Source: Phoronis australis (Eukaryota; Animalia; Phoronida). From it: 63,493 bases of DNA. Below the pieces are notes generated by a model that saw nothing but the letters and a program-made list of their open reading frames with translations, did no database searches and had not been told where the DNA came from. Shown piece after piece: positions 13,434 to 26,067 of this stretch (positions within the stretch are counted from its first letter, which is position 1; every line of letters begins with the position of its first letter). The stretch lies in the NCBI GenBank assembly GCA_002633005.1, contig NMRA01000276.1, positions 442,100 to 505,592 of the forward strand, read 5' to 3'. The translations under genes were made by a program, and so were the position numbers.

Positions 13434-13659
13434 CATGCGCGCACCCAGCCTTCAACGTGGGGAGGCTCGAATTACTGACGTTGCGGACCTTTTGGTAAAA
13501 AAAGCGGGCGGACTAAAAAAACGAAAAAAAAAGAAAATAAACAGGGGCACCAATGTGAATTGCGTGTTAGTGCTTGTTTAGTGGACTTTTGTCTCATTTT
13601 CTCGGACTTTTTNGGGAAGGGCTCGTTCGAGCCCCCCGAGACCCCTGGGTGCGTGCATG
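13434..13659. mobile_element. MITE with CATGCGCGCACCCAG TIR and 5-bp TSD
   Basis: catgcgcgcacccag ... ctgggtgcgtgcatg; AATAG on both flanks. Confidence 0.75.
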
Positions 13660-13879
13660 AATAGAGTATTTTCAAATGCTTTCTTATTGTTTTCACTTTA
13701 AAGAATAGCTGACCACTGTACTTTGTGTTACGGCAGGATCAAATGTTTTCGAAAAAAAATTGTCCTGCCTACTAGGGAAAGAATCCCCGGCGCAGTGGCA
13801 CACCCTGCCTAAGTCTGACAGTGGCAGAAATTCTGATTGAAGCACGGTCTCTTCAAGAAATATTCCTGTTTCTTGTGAT

Positions 13880-14550
13880 GAACATTAATGTTCACTTGAA
13901 GGTGTAGCTATTTCCCCTCGGCATTTTCAATATACTAGCTGCCACCCGTGCTTTCGCACGGCTACTGAGTGTCCAGTAAACTCAGGCGAGTATTGTGCTT
14001 TCTCCAGTATTCAAGTATTGTCTCTGTGGGTAAGAACGGTGATGAGACTAATGCGCAGTATTTTAACACATTAAAATGTGCGTGCACTTTGTGCCCTTTT
14101 GAGTGATTTCCCTCAAATTTTTTATTTCGTTGATGCAGCTGGTATCCATTCATTTGAGGTTTTGGGGTATGGGCGGGTCTGATGTGTCTCTCAACACGAA
14201 TATAGGGCCGTCCCGGATAACCTTGACAGCTACACTCGAATCTCGCTATATTTACCCACAGTGTCCTAAACATCCGTCACATGTTTGCTGCCTCGTTTTA
14301 GTGCCACTGGAGTTTCACAAGTCATTTGTTGGTGTCTAGTTCTTTACAAATTTTTCTCGTTTTTGTATTCGTCCTTCCTGTTAATGCCAACGAAATATTA
14401 CAGCTGTGCTGTAGGCTGCAACCGTCCGACGTGAAAAGTATGATAAATTGGACTAATCAGTACCCGTGGATACGTGATTTAAAATTCTTCGCCTTCCCCA
14501 TATCAAAGAGCCACGAAAATGTGCCTGGTTTTCAAAACTAGGTCACGCGC
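13880..14550 (-). pseudogene. Highly decayed hAT-type transposase fragment
   Basis: Minus strand gives frameshifted traces resembling, in the expected order, the hAT motifs FVG, Q-x-x-DG (QTCDG) and C-x-TRW-x-AR. Confidence 0.35.
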
Positions 14551-15679
14551 TTTCTTTTCTCCACGACAAAGGAGAGTTTTACCGCGTACTCCGGGATGAC
14601 CCTGGTGTTTACAGCAGTTAGCGATTGCTTAAGATAAGAGCTCGGGAATTGTATGACCGTGCGAAAGTTCCATGCGTCATGATAGAGTTATTACTCTTCT
14701 CAACTAAGAATACAACAATCCATTAGTTTCTTCCTCAAAAAAAAACACATTCATTAGAGCACTCAATGACTGTGATTACACAGACGACGACCAGTGTTGT
14801 CAATCATCATGGCACACTCTTCATTTTTAGAATTCTCTCAAAATATTGAGCCTTCTAAGACAAAGTGCATACACTCTTAGTTCTTAACCTTGTTTTCCAC
14901 ACATGTTTTGCTGTCCGAAAATTGCTCCGGCCTCCTAATGTATAAAGGTTAATTAGCTAGACAACACTTTTGTTCCACACACTCTGTTCCCGCGGTCCGT
15001 CACAAAATTTGAATTATTTGCGGCGGAATTAGTCTCAAAATAGTTCTTCAATTCAAATAGACGTGATTTTTGTCACGACTCGTGGTCATACGTCGGCCAA
15101 GGTCTCGAGGAATAACGAACTCAGGATCAGGAATGCCGGAAGTCAGTTTATCACATCAATTTATGAGTAGCGGTGTGAGTGGTCTCAAGATTTAGTTTTT
15201 TCCGCAAAACGTAGGTCTTCTGTCGCATTAATATTTAAGTAAAGTTATTTTCAAAAATTTTATTTTGAAAACGATGAAATGAGTCAATTAGAACAGATGT
15301 TTCGTGATGAAGCTAGCCTGAGTTCCCGGATGTTTGTGATAAATGTGTCGAAGTGAGTGCTCGAAAGTTTAATTTTTTGGTACTTCGACTGTGCAACATG
15401 ATTAAATGTAAGACAAAAAATTGGAATTTTGAGTAGATTAATACCATATTAAATAGTGGTCAATAATTTATTTACAAGGCTCTCGAGATAAGATTATCCC
15501 CCAGTCGTGCACTCTCGGAGTAGGCCCCATGAGTGACAATCCAACAGGTAATAGGGAGTCGACCCACTCACTGTAAACACACACGTGGTATACAGTTTTG
15601 TTTTGTTTAAAAAATCATATATTATCACTGATGTACTTGTTATAATTTTGGGAAAAGTCATTGAGTACTGTTGTCTAGT

Positions 15680-16260
15680 TGTCAGCCTGCGTTTCTTGTC
15701 GACTGCCGATCCTACATGTACCTAGCAGTGGTTGTGCAGAAGTGAACGAGGGAAGTGATGGAGCCATGACACCTCTCACGACAATGAGTTCCACATCTTT
15801 GATGTCCACGGGAAAAAGCTATGGTGCTGCAAGGAGTCCATTCTGTATCGAAAGTTATTGCTTTCGGAACTGTGATACTCCCCGTGTTGTCAACGTTTTA
15901 CACCGGTCACGAACATGTATGGTACGGTCCCCGGGTTCGAGAAGTTTCTACTAATAGATGGCAGTATTCAAGTCTCGCACAGTTGCGATAATGTACGTTG
16001 TTTCTTCAAACGGTTGGCTCGCGATCAACAACCTGCCTTTTGTTCGTGGTTGTGACATGGAGCAGAATAAATTCCAAGCTATAGGAAAAATTAATGAGGG
16101 ACTAACCTTTTGACAGATACCATGTTGTGAGTCATGGCCCAGGCAACTTTGGGAGGTGAGTTTTGTAACACTGATTCGGCGGAATGACGTCTCTTGGATC
16201 TTGAACCGATCAGTTAACCGTCTCTCTCGAGTAGCAATGGCCAATGGCAATGCTGATCAA
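15680..16260 (-). mobile_element. CR1/L2-type LINE ORF2 remnant
   Basis: Minus strand: DSQHG..LEF..VVD (RT start) and TRG..SFFPW..KMWNSLS, resembling the SFFPRT..WNSLP C-terminal motif; internally deleted. Confidence 0.55.
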
Positions 16261-16375
16261 CATACTACATAGTGTTGGTCGCCCCGGATGCCGCAGGCAG
16301 GGGTGATAGTACATCCCCACAAAAAGTTACTCGTTTCAAAATACAGCAAATAAAATCAAATGAACCATACATATA

Positions 16376-17231
16376 CATAGGCGGATTTAGGGGGGGGGGC
16401 CCAGGGGGCCCGGGCCCCCCCCTTGGCTGCCGCTAAAAAAATAAAACAGTAAGAGCGTAGGGAAATGGTGAGTTTGTTAATTAACCCCGGTAATTGAAAT
16501 TATACGGATGAAAAAAATTTAAATGTGTGCAGTTTTAGTGTTGGGGGNNNNNNNNNNNNNNNNNNNNNNNNNNNNNNNNNNNNNNNNNNNNNNNNNNNNN
16601 NNNNNNNNNNNNNNNNNNNNNNNNNNNNNNNNNNNNNNNNNNNNNNNNNNNNNNNNNNNNNNNNNNNNNNNNNNNNNNNNNNNNNNNNNNNNNNNNNNNN
16701 NNNNNNNNNNNNNNNNNNNNNNNNAAAAATGGATTTGGTCTTTTGGGCATTTGAAGACTATTTCAAATACGACAAATTTGTTAATAATTGATGGCACAAA
16801 ATATAAAACGTATAATAAGCATTACAAAAAGAAGTAGGTTACGCGCGCAAACGCTGTGGCCCATAAACAAGTAAGTCTTTTAGTATGAGAGATGTAGTTA
16901 AATCGTGGTGGTGTAGTGGTAACGTACGCGCGCCCAACCCTTTAGGTCGTGAGTTCGAGTCTTTGACTCTTGCTTTCTTTTCCTGTTTGACACGTTCTCC
17001 GTGTTTGTTTTTGCCTTTTTTTCTTGGATAATACTTCAGGAATCAAGACAAATGCTTGATTTTTAGAGGTAAAAACAGAAAAATTTCCTGGTCGGGAGGG
17101 GGGCAAACCCCCCTCCCGACCTGCCCCCATTCGGTGCTATGCGCATCTACAATCGTGGTTCAGTTTGCGCAAATGCTTCCAGCCGGACAAAATGTTGGGC
17201 CCCCCCTTGTGATATCCTAGATCCGCCACTG
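16376..17231 (+). mobile_element. Non-autonomous DNA transposon, copy 1, 5-bp TSD
   Basis: TIRs CATAGGCGGATTTAG ... CTAGATCCGCCACTG; ATATA on both flanks; alignable to 22577-23587 in reverse orientation; contains an N-gap. Confidence 0.85.
16893..16970 (+). promoter_or_regulatory. tRNA-derived Pol III A/B-box segment inside the DNA transposon
   Basis: TGGTGTAGTGGTAA (A box) and GAGTTCGAGTC (B box) at tRNA-like spacing; also present in copy 2 (~22835-22910, minus). Confidence 0.55.
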
Positions 17232-18329
17232 ATATAGGAATGTTGTATTAATATGGCTGCAGCTACTGCTACACTGCTACAGCCAAGCAGGTTCGGCCTA
17301 TTGAACACAGTGAAAGAGTAAAGTTTTATACCTCCGAAAGAAAGTTAAAACTAGTGACATGCGTGTCGTTTTGTGACTGACCCATTTTTCTCGAGGGAAA
17401 CCCGCACGGAGGGGAGTCGGGAATTATTTCGAGGCTATTCATTTCATGGAAAACTAATTGTTGAGTACATTTTTGTTGTGAAATTTGCACTGAATTGTTG
17501 CCGCGCATCCAAATAGATCATTCGGTTAGGGCATCGTTTCATGGATTTTGTTTGACAGATGTTTTTCAAACGTCGAGTTAAGTTGCAAAATTTGGGCTGC
17601 GAACAAAAGGTGGAGGGAATGTCCACTCCGAGTTAGTTTGAATCTTTAACGACTTTGATGACAGTCAGTAGCAGGTCATACCTAGCAAAATCCCGGATAC
17701 TTTTTCAACGGACATTTTCTCCCTTTTCACATCGTAAACTTAGCTACTCGAATGCACGTGTCAGTTAGAGAGCAGAGCACTGATTCAACTTTCACGTCGG
17801 CAACTTGCCTTGCGCTCGAGAGCCTTTCAATAGCGGTCGTGAAGAATGACTAACGCCGTTCCTGTATGAATGAAGTCAATTTTGCGATCTGAAATGTGTG
17901 AGTATTTCACACTGCATAATCTAAACATTTTGTTGATGATCCAAAAAATCAATTTTGGCACGTAAAAATGGCGGGAAAATTTTGCGACCTGGCATTTATG
18001 AATGCGAGTTGGATTTTGAAAATGCAACCTGGGATTTTGGCTAGGTCGCAAAATGTGACCTGGACGATTTTAATAGCGTCGAGCCCTGTAAATATGTTTT
18101 TGCTATCTAATTCAGTGTTCTCCACATCTGAAAATCTAAACAGGTGGCGTGCGTAATACCAACATGCGGCGGTCTACGTTATCCATAATAGGCTAGTACC
18201 TCATATTTACCCACACACTTCAACAGTAATGCACAGCAGTGCAAAACAAATAATGGTGTTTGTTCAACATTTTATTTTTAAAAGGTGGACTTATTTACAA
18301 ACATATCACATAAACCATTTGTTTAGTCA

Positions 18330-19112
18330 ATGACTTTGAAATGGCAGTCTACACGGACGTGTTTGGAACAGTATGGGGAAATATTTTACTCAATACTTGT
18401 GATGTCAACTTCGACTTAGTCCAAAAGGTCTAAGATAGAGGTAAACTTTTCCCATGAAGTTTTTAGTCCAACTGAAGTGTCTTTGACTTCGTAAAGCCTG
18501 TCGCATTTTTATGTCTTGATAGCCGAGTCTACATTTTCTCTCAGTCTTATGTCTTGCAGATCATTCTTATAGTCAAAACCCCAGCCCGCATTGTCTGTCC
18601 GAGTTCGATGTTCAGAAGTTGGTACAACATTAAACTTCTGCACTACCAGAATTCGTGTAGAAACTGCACAATATGCAAGTCCTCCATCAAAATGCTTCAC
18701 ATGCGTTTTCCATGCAGGGCCTACTTGGACAAGAGTGTTAGACTTGTTGATGAAAACCAATATTTCTAGAATGATAGCGACTGGATTGTCAAATGCTTGC
18801 ATTTTATGGAATTCCCTTCAAATTCAGGATTGTCACAAACTCTTTCTTCCAGCTGAGAACCATCTCTTCTCAAGTTCGAGCGCATTCATTTGTAAGAATA
18901 CCGATGTCGGATGTTGTCGGCAAAAATTAGGTCCACCGTTCATGGATATTTGCGATTTGTTGACTGAGCCCGTCAGTATTGCCACCATCCGGATCTGGAT
19001 TATCTGTCATATCTGCATCTGAGTCAACGTTAGTATTTGAAACATCTCTAGAGTCTCGGTTTTTAAAATAATCCTCAGCAGTCCTTCTACGCCTTCCGGT
19101 GGCAGATGACAT
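18330..19112 (-). pseudogene. Decayed intronless ORF of unknown family
   Basis: ORFs 18927-19112 and 18509-18802 plus a read-through tail (KCDRLYEVK..YCSKHVRVDCHFKVID*) look like one gene broken by stops and frameshifts, followed by AATAAA. Confidence 0.4.
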
Positions 19113-20347
19113 TACTAAGTATGTAGAAAACGCATGTCAATTGGTAACGGAAGCCAGGATAGAGTTCAATAACATAAGGATCACGCTAAGTAAACAAGAC
19201 TGCGAGATTACGTGAGATATTACCATATGTTTTCAATGAGAGCACGGGATTTTGGCTACAATTTCTCACCGCGAGACATATACTTTGAACTTTACCCAGT
19301 AACTTCACTAGCTGTCCAAAATCTCAGCGTTACTCCCCTGAAACCGCAAATGTTGGGCATGGTCGCTACCGAAGTTGAGTTGCGAATACTTTCTTGGCGG
19401 ATTTTCAGAGGGAGTATGCGCCACAGATATAATATTCATGCTGCCAACAAAACTCCTTAAAAGGCAACGAAATGAACTCGGTCAATGTCAATGGGCCGGT
19501 GGCACCAAAAGTAACTAATAATATTCATCTAAGTGAGGAATGAACAAACAACAAGCAATGAGAGTCATCAAAAGGGTTTCCACGTAAAGGTTTGTTTATA
19601 TTGTGTCGGTAAATCATACCAATGTCGTGGGGCCCACAGAATATTGAAAAATTGCTACGAAAATAAAATTCTGGACATCCAAAAGGTTCACGGTTTACCC
19701 AAAAGACGGCTGTTGTATAAATTCCTGCCCAATGGTGTCTTTGGTGACTTGTTAGACATCACGGAGCCTTAGGCCTAATTATTTTCAATGGGTTATTATG
19801 ATCAGTTGTCTGCGGAACACAAAGGGTGACTCCAAAAGTGAGTAGACTTAAGGACCAACCAATTTAGTGCAGGACTGCACCTCCAGTGAGCAGGACTGCA
19901 CCTCCAGTAAGCAGGTAGTGGATTAGGCTTATAGGTGGCACTGGGCCTTTGTTTAAATTCAATTGACTGTGACTAGTTGTTTCAGATGAATTGAAAAGAC
20001 CTTTGAGAGATTATGTACAAGCCATATTACACCAGTAACAGACTGAGGGAGCTGCCCCAGCTGCAGCTTGAGTGAGATCCATGATTAGGCTTTCGACAAT
20101 TGACCACTTAGCTATGGCCAGTTGCTGTCAAGCATAATTTGAACCAGTGAAAGCCTTACTAACGATGACGATGCCTTCTTTACAAGCTGGTTCCTATTTT
20201 TTAAAACAGGACGCGGGATTTTTAAACTGGAAGCCAGACATTTAAACAGGACGTGTGTTCGGCCAAACAGGACGCTGCGACATGGCAAAAGCGGTCGTGG
20301 AGAACACTGTAATTAGCAATCGATGGCTTAATGAGGTTTGCACTAAN

Positions 20348-20502
20348 CTGCTGATTTTCAAATATACAAAACACATCATCTACATATCGTCGATAGAAAT
20401 AGATGTGAGGACCAGTGTATGTCTCAATCCATGTTTTCTCATGGTGACCTAAAAACATGCCAGCTAGTATGGGAGCCAAAGGTGAACCCATTGCTATATT
20501 AT
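20348..20502 (-). mobile_element. Penelope-like retroelement RT fragment
   Basis: AMGSPLAPILAGMFL..EKTW..FYRRYVDDVFCIF: typical Penelope RT motifs. Confidence 0.85.
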
Positions 20503-20543
20503 CTGAGGATGGTGTTTAATAAATGACACCGAAACATGTCAAG
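20499..20543 (+). ncRNA. Minimal type I hammerhead ribozyme motif (Penelope-associated)
   Basis: CTGAGGA (20503-20509), stem II GGTGT/ACACC, GAAAC (20531-20535), palindromic ACATGT and GTC cleavage triplet; stem I weak. Confidence 0.65.
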
Positions 20544-22479
20544 TTTTAAATCCGTTGTTGTTTTCGTGAACATATGCTGTTACTTGCTATCATGGAGATC
20601 AGTTGTCTGCGGAACACAAAGGGTGACTCCAAAAGTGAGTAGACTTAAGGACCAACCAATTTAGTGTAGGACTGCACCTCCAGTGAGCAGGACTGCACCT
20701 CCAGTAAGCAGGTAGTGGATTAGGCTTATAGGTGGCACTGGGCCTTTGTTTAAATTCAATTGACTGTGACTAGTTGTTTCAGATGAATTGAAAAGACCAT
20801 TGAGAGATTATGTACAAGCCATATTACACCAGTAACAGACTGAGGGAGCTGCCCCAGCTGCAGCTTGAGTGAGATCCATGATTAGGCTTTCGACAATTGA
20901 CCACTTAGCTATGGCCAGTTGCTGTCAAGCATAATTTGAACCAGTGAAAGCCTTACTAACGATGACGATGCCTTCTTTACAAGCTGGTTCCTATTTTTTA
21001 AAACAGGACGCGGGATTTTTAAACTGGAAGCCAGACATTTAAACAGGACGTGTGTTCGGCCAAACAGGACGCTGCGACATGGCAAAAGCGGTCGTGGAGA
21101 ACACTGTAATTAGCAATCGATGGCTTAATGAGGTTTGCACTAATTTCCCGGCAATCTTTAAACACTCCTGATCTCGAAATGTATCAATCCATAGAGAGGA
21201 TTTTATAGACCAGTTTGCATACAATCTGAAATTGTAATTTTTTCCTCACCTCAAGTAGTAGATTTATAGGGGTTAATATGTGTGGCAAAAACACTAGCAG
21301 TTTCACTGGCTGTGATGCTAGTGAAAATGACACACCAACTGACCGCGAAGGAGTTATTTTTGCTAGATCTTAGTTTGTTTCCTCACCATCTGAATGTTTT
21401 TTTCAATCGAAAATTGATGTCTAACTCTAAACGCATCCACTCTCCATCATGAATTGATTAGTGCGATGGTAAAGAAATTGGGCCTATCATCCCTGCAGAT
21501 GTGTGGCCTTTGTAAGTAAACTGTCTGATTGCAAAAGTGTTAGCTGAGTCACCAGCTGTTTTATGGTGTACACCTCAAGTGGTCAGCAAAATGCCAGCAT
21601 ATGAAGTGACACTTGTAACTATTCACATGACTTGCATTTTTCAATAGTAGTGAAAGTGCTTACAAAAATGCTATCGATTTCTCCAGTTTGTGAACAGGGT
21701 ATTAAAAACTTCTTTGTATGAAGTCAATTTAGACTGCATGTTGCATAGCTTCTTAGACTGCATGTTGAAATTTGAAGCATATGGTCAGACAGTCTTACCT
21801 TGAGCTGCCTTCAAAATGTTGTTTTTTTATTAAATTGCTTTTGAGTGCAATGATCACCTGAGTAATGTTGTAGCTGAGGAACCATCTGAGACAAAAGGAC
21901 TAGGAGTTTTTTGAAGTTTAAGTTCTCTTCACTATTAAATACAATTTCAGTTTCAGGAAAAAAAGGGAAAATAAGATTTCTAACAAGTCATGTCAACTTT
22001 GTCTGATGACTTAGAAGTAGTAGGAACTCTGCTCAAATTGACAAAGTATGGTTGCATGTCTTGCGAACTGCTTAAGGACTAGACCTGTCAATGTTGCCTA
22101 TACTTGGTATTCACAACAGTTGCATCTATTAATCTTATCATCTATGATAAATTGCTACTGTCAGAAGTTGAGTGTGGGTTTTGTTTAAAAGGTAGCTACG
22201 TGTTTTGTGATTGTGCGTGGATGGAGAGAGAATGATTAAATCCATTAATTGGTTTATTATATGATGATCACCAATTAAAACAAGTGAAACCTGGTGTTAA
22301 TTGAGTACATTAACAATGAAGAAGAGTAACTGTGCTAGCACCCTCTGTAGGGTTACCTTCAATCAATTATTCATAAATAATTAAACGTCTTATCTGCTAT
22401 CTAAGCTGTAGCACTCAACACTTGTTGGATGACAGTCCAGCTGAACGGTCCTCGAACTAACGCACACTGCTCTGTGACA

Positions 22480-24035
22480 ATGTACTTGCTGGTCACAGTC
22501 CTTCGTAACTTAGCGCAAGTCTGTAGTATCGCTCTACCACAATACACTATGCTGGCCACAGTCCTTCCTAACTTAGAAGTGGCGGATCTAGGATATCGCA
22601 CAAGGGGGGGGCCAACATTTTGTCCCCCTGTAAGCATTTGCGCAAACCACGATTGTAGATGCGCGTAGAAGCGAATGGGGGGAGGTCGGGAGGCGGGTTT
22701 GCCCCCTCCCGCCCGGGGAATTTTTCTGTTTTCCTCTAAAAATCGAGCGTTTTCCTTGATTCCTGAAGTATTATCCAAGAAAAAAGGCAAAAAAAACAAA
22801 AAACGGCGAACGTGTCAAACAGGAAAACTGCAATGTACCGGAGATTCGAACTCACAACCTAGAGAATAGAGCGCGCGTGCTTTACCACTACACCACCACG
22901 ATTTAACTACTTGTTGTATACTAAGAGACCTACTTGTTTATGGTCCACAGCGTTTGCGCGCGAAACCTACTTCTTTTTTATTACATTTATACTTATTACT
23001 TATTATATTTTGTGCAATCGGTTCTTAACAAATTTGTTGTATTTAAAGTAGTCTTCAAATGCCCAAAAGACCAAATACGTTTTTCGTGTTGGCAATAATG
23101 ACGGGATTGCTTTGGAAATCGTCTTAAGTTAAGGTTTGACAAAGAGAGAATTATGAGTTTCTGAGTGATTCACTAAGGCTTCGATTAAAATTCACATCTT
23201 ACCAGCAGCTTCTGTTTTTTCATCGTCACTTAGGTTCGATTTTCTTTAAAAAAAGAAGTAAATTTTCTTCATTGCACAGTGGAGCAGACGACAGAAACGG
23301 AGTCGTAGTGCGCAGCGCCACTGCCGGTCGCCTGGGATATCGCGGGAGAGCCAAACGTAGCCATAGTTCCGTTACGAATAAGTCGTGTTCCAAATTTGAC
23401 ATTTGAAATTGGATCTGAGCCCCCCCAACACTAAAACTGCACACATTTAAATCTTGTTTCATCCGTATAATTTTAATTACTGGGGTTAATTAATAAACTC
23501 AACATTTCCCTACGCTCTTGCTGTTTTATTTTTTTTGCGGCACCCTAGGGGGGAGGGGGGCCTGGGCCCCCCCTAAATCCGCCTATGCTTAGCGCAAGTC
23601 TAGTATCGCTCTACCACAATACGCTATGCTGGCCACAGTCCTTCGTAACTTAGTGCAAGTCTGTAGTATCGCTCTACCACAATACACTATGCTGGCCACA
23701 GTCCTTCGTAACTAAGTGCAAGTCTAGTATCGCTCTACCACAATACACTATGCTGGCCACAGTCCGTCGTAACTAAGTGCAAGTCTAGTATCGCTCTGCC
23801 ACAATACACTATGCTGGCCACAGTCCTTCGTAACTTAGTGCAAGTCTAGTATCGCTCTACCACAATACACTATGCTGGCTACAGTCCTTCGTAACTTAGT
23901 GCAGCTCTGTTGTATCGCTCTACCACAAAACACTATGCTGGCCATAGTCCTTCGTGACACAACGGCACATGTAGGCAGTATCTGAGTGACTACCCACAAT
24001 TCCTCTTGCTGGTCACAGTCCCTCGTGAAGCAACA
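22480..24035. repeat. ~58-60-bp minisatellite interrupted by a transposon
   Basis: Unit GTCCTTCGTAACTTAGTGCAAGTCT(GT)AGTATCGCTCTACCACAATACACTATGCTGGCCACA, about 8 copies. Confidence 0.9.
22577..23587 (-). mobile_element. Non-autonomous DNA transposon, copy 2, 5-bp TSD
   Basis: (C>A)AGTGGCGGATCTAG ... CTAAATCCGCCTATG; CTTAG duplicated (22572-22576, 23588-23592); minisatellite resumes in register. Confidence 0.9.
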
Positions 24036-24856
24036 CGTGTAGACAGTATCTTGCAACCCACGATGCAAGTTACAAGCTCTTAGTTAACTTCCTGTTCGTT
24101 AACCCTTGCCTTTGCCAAGATCTTCTTTAAAATCTTCCACCAGATAGCTCTGTTCTATTTCTTCAGTTAACTTTAGCAAGTCCTGTTGCTTTAACTACCA
24201 ACTTATCATATCATTGGCTGTTACGATCTGATCTCAGAAATTTCTAAAATCGTTGTAGTGCATTAACCCCTGAACAAAAGAGGTAAACAACATCTAAAAA
24301 TACATGTTAATATCAAACGTACATGTAACCAAGTTTGACCCCATGGTTTTAAAAATGCATAATTATGTACAAATTTTAAATTGAACTAACTCTTCTAATT
24401 ACATAATCAATATTTATTGTGGGAGGAGCAAGGAGAGGGAAAGAGGGAGGGAAGGAGAGACTTAATGTTCGTCATTTTACGCAGCAAATGACTTGTTATC
24501 TTTTCATCGTTCCTGGAATTTTTTTTCAAAAAATGCAGTTGCTTTCCATAATACATGTCATTTATTTTAACGCATTATTTATGTATCAAATACCAGTGTA
24601 TGATTTGTTTGGTGAAACTTCTAAATTGAATTCAGTTAAATGGCAAATCTTTATCTGGCGGTTTCAGGCCTTTTGGTGTTAACCAGTTTTATCAGTTTTG
24701 AACATTTGCATGTTATAATGAGCAGTTCTTTCATCCGCTAGGCTGATGTGAGGTTTCCCTTTGTCGGGTATTTATACACCCGTACATCCTGGGAATTTGC
24801 CAGGTCACATTTGGCGAGTTAATGTTGTAATGCTTATTGTGAAGCCATACTGTGAA

Positions 24857-24871
24857 TGTGTTTGGGTGTGT

Positions 24872-24912
<41 letters not shown>

Positions 24913-24924
24913 TGTGTGTGTGTG
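24857..24924. repeat. (TG)n microsatellite
   Basis: Directly visible. Confidence 0.95.
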
Positions 24925-25088
24925 TTTTAAATTCAGTTGTTCCCTTTTCAGTTAGATAACAGTAGAAATCAGTAATATGACGCCACCAGTCCACCATAGG
25001 CATTCAATAAGTCCCATTTTCTTTCAAAATCTCCCAATATTGGTAAGCTTTTGTTTCAACCAGTTTATAAGTTGTGTCCATGTTGTAG

Positions 25089-25182
25089 GAGATGACCAGT
25101 TGTTTGCTGTGCCTAAAGGCCGAGCAGCACGCGCAGTAAAGAGAGGATCTCTACCTGATATTGGCAGAGCTAGAGTGGTCAG
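25089..25182 (+). CDS. AZUL/UBE3A-like E3 ligase, exon A (xDDQLFAVPKGRAARAVKRGSLPDIGRARVV)
   Basis: ttgtag| acceptor, |gtaaaa donor; phase 1 in, phase 2 out, matching exon B. Confidence 0.6.
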
Positions 25183-26067
25183 GTAAAAGTTAATATTTTG
25201 GTGGGATAGAAATTCCTGCATTCAGGTAAACACAGGAGTTCTTTATCTCAAGAATGCCCCCTGCTCACAAACTGCTTGTTGTCAACCTTCTTGAAGTTTC
25301 GTCAAAGGACCTTTAAATGCCCAATTTCCATGAAATTCTGAATCCTCCATTAGAGAAATGTTAAGTCTTCATGCTTAAAACCTTGAGCAGTCATTTACAA
25401 TCTTGTGACCACCATTTTTGTAAATTGTCTTTTTGCTTTGGGAATGAATTTTCGAAAAAATAAACTGCAGTGAACTTATTGTTCAAACTGTTTATTGTTA
25501 TTGTCAGAACTCTGGGAATCATGTCTCAAAATTTTTCCTCAACAATAGTAAGGGATATCAGCGATCAAAGTCCCTTGAGTTTTTATTACAATGTTCCAAG
25601 TCTCAATATTTATGGCTGTACTGTTTGAAGGAAAATTGCAAATCGGAGACATGGTTCTGTTGGCTTTAGGCCGTAAAAGAGTAAATTATTTGTACTAGTA
25701 CTGTTATTACTGTTACTAATAATGAAGTATTGATTATAGACATGACAATCAGCCTAAGCTCACCCTAGCCAGTGGTTCTCTCTCTGACCTGCGGCGGATT
25801 GCCCAGTCAGCCAACTTTGGATCCAACAGGAGCCTTACAGGCAGCCTCAGGTAACCAGGTGCTAGACAGGCAACTGCATTGCCCTTATATAGACACATTG
25901 GAGTACACATCTCATCTGAAACTTGACCTCATTCTCCAGTCTCCTCTCACTGGCTGCCATTAATCTTGATCTATTCATTGTCCTTGCATTGTCTGCCTAA
26001 ACTTTGATTCTGGTCTATCCACAACCACTTGACTATTTCCTGGAAAATTAAAGTGCTCCTCTTTTTT

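Larger units (their letters stand above)
19800..21143 (+). repeat. Near-identical ~547-bp direct duplication (19800-20346 and 20597-21143)
   Basis: Only a few mismatches; first copy ends at a single N (20347); spacer is a Penelope fragment. Confidence 0.9.

Noticed and set aside
15495-15575. Possible structured RNA or HDV-like ribozyme
   Set aside because: I could not build the nested double pseudoknot by eye; likely a LINE/SINE 3' remnant.
21800-21886. Minus-strand exon-like segment with good AG/GT sites
   Set aside because: One frame is open but there is no recognisable protein or phase-linked partner exon.
22121-22191. Possible phase-1 exon upstream of exon A
   Set aside because: Phase fits but the donor (GTAGCT) is weak and there is no homology support.
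22480-24035. CRISPR-like appearance of regular repeats (also 31913-32080 and the HINE arrays)
   Set aside because: Units are contiguous without unique spacers, there are no cas genes, and the context is eukaryotic.
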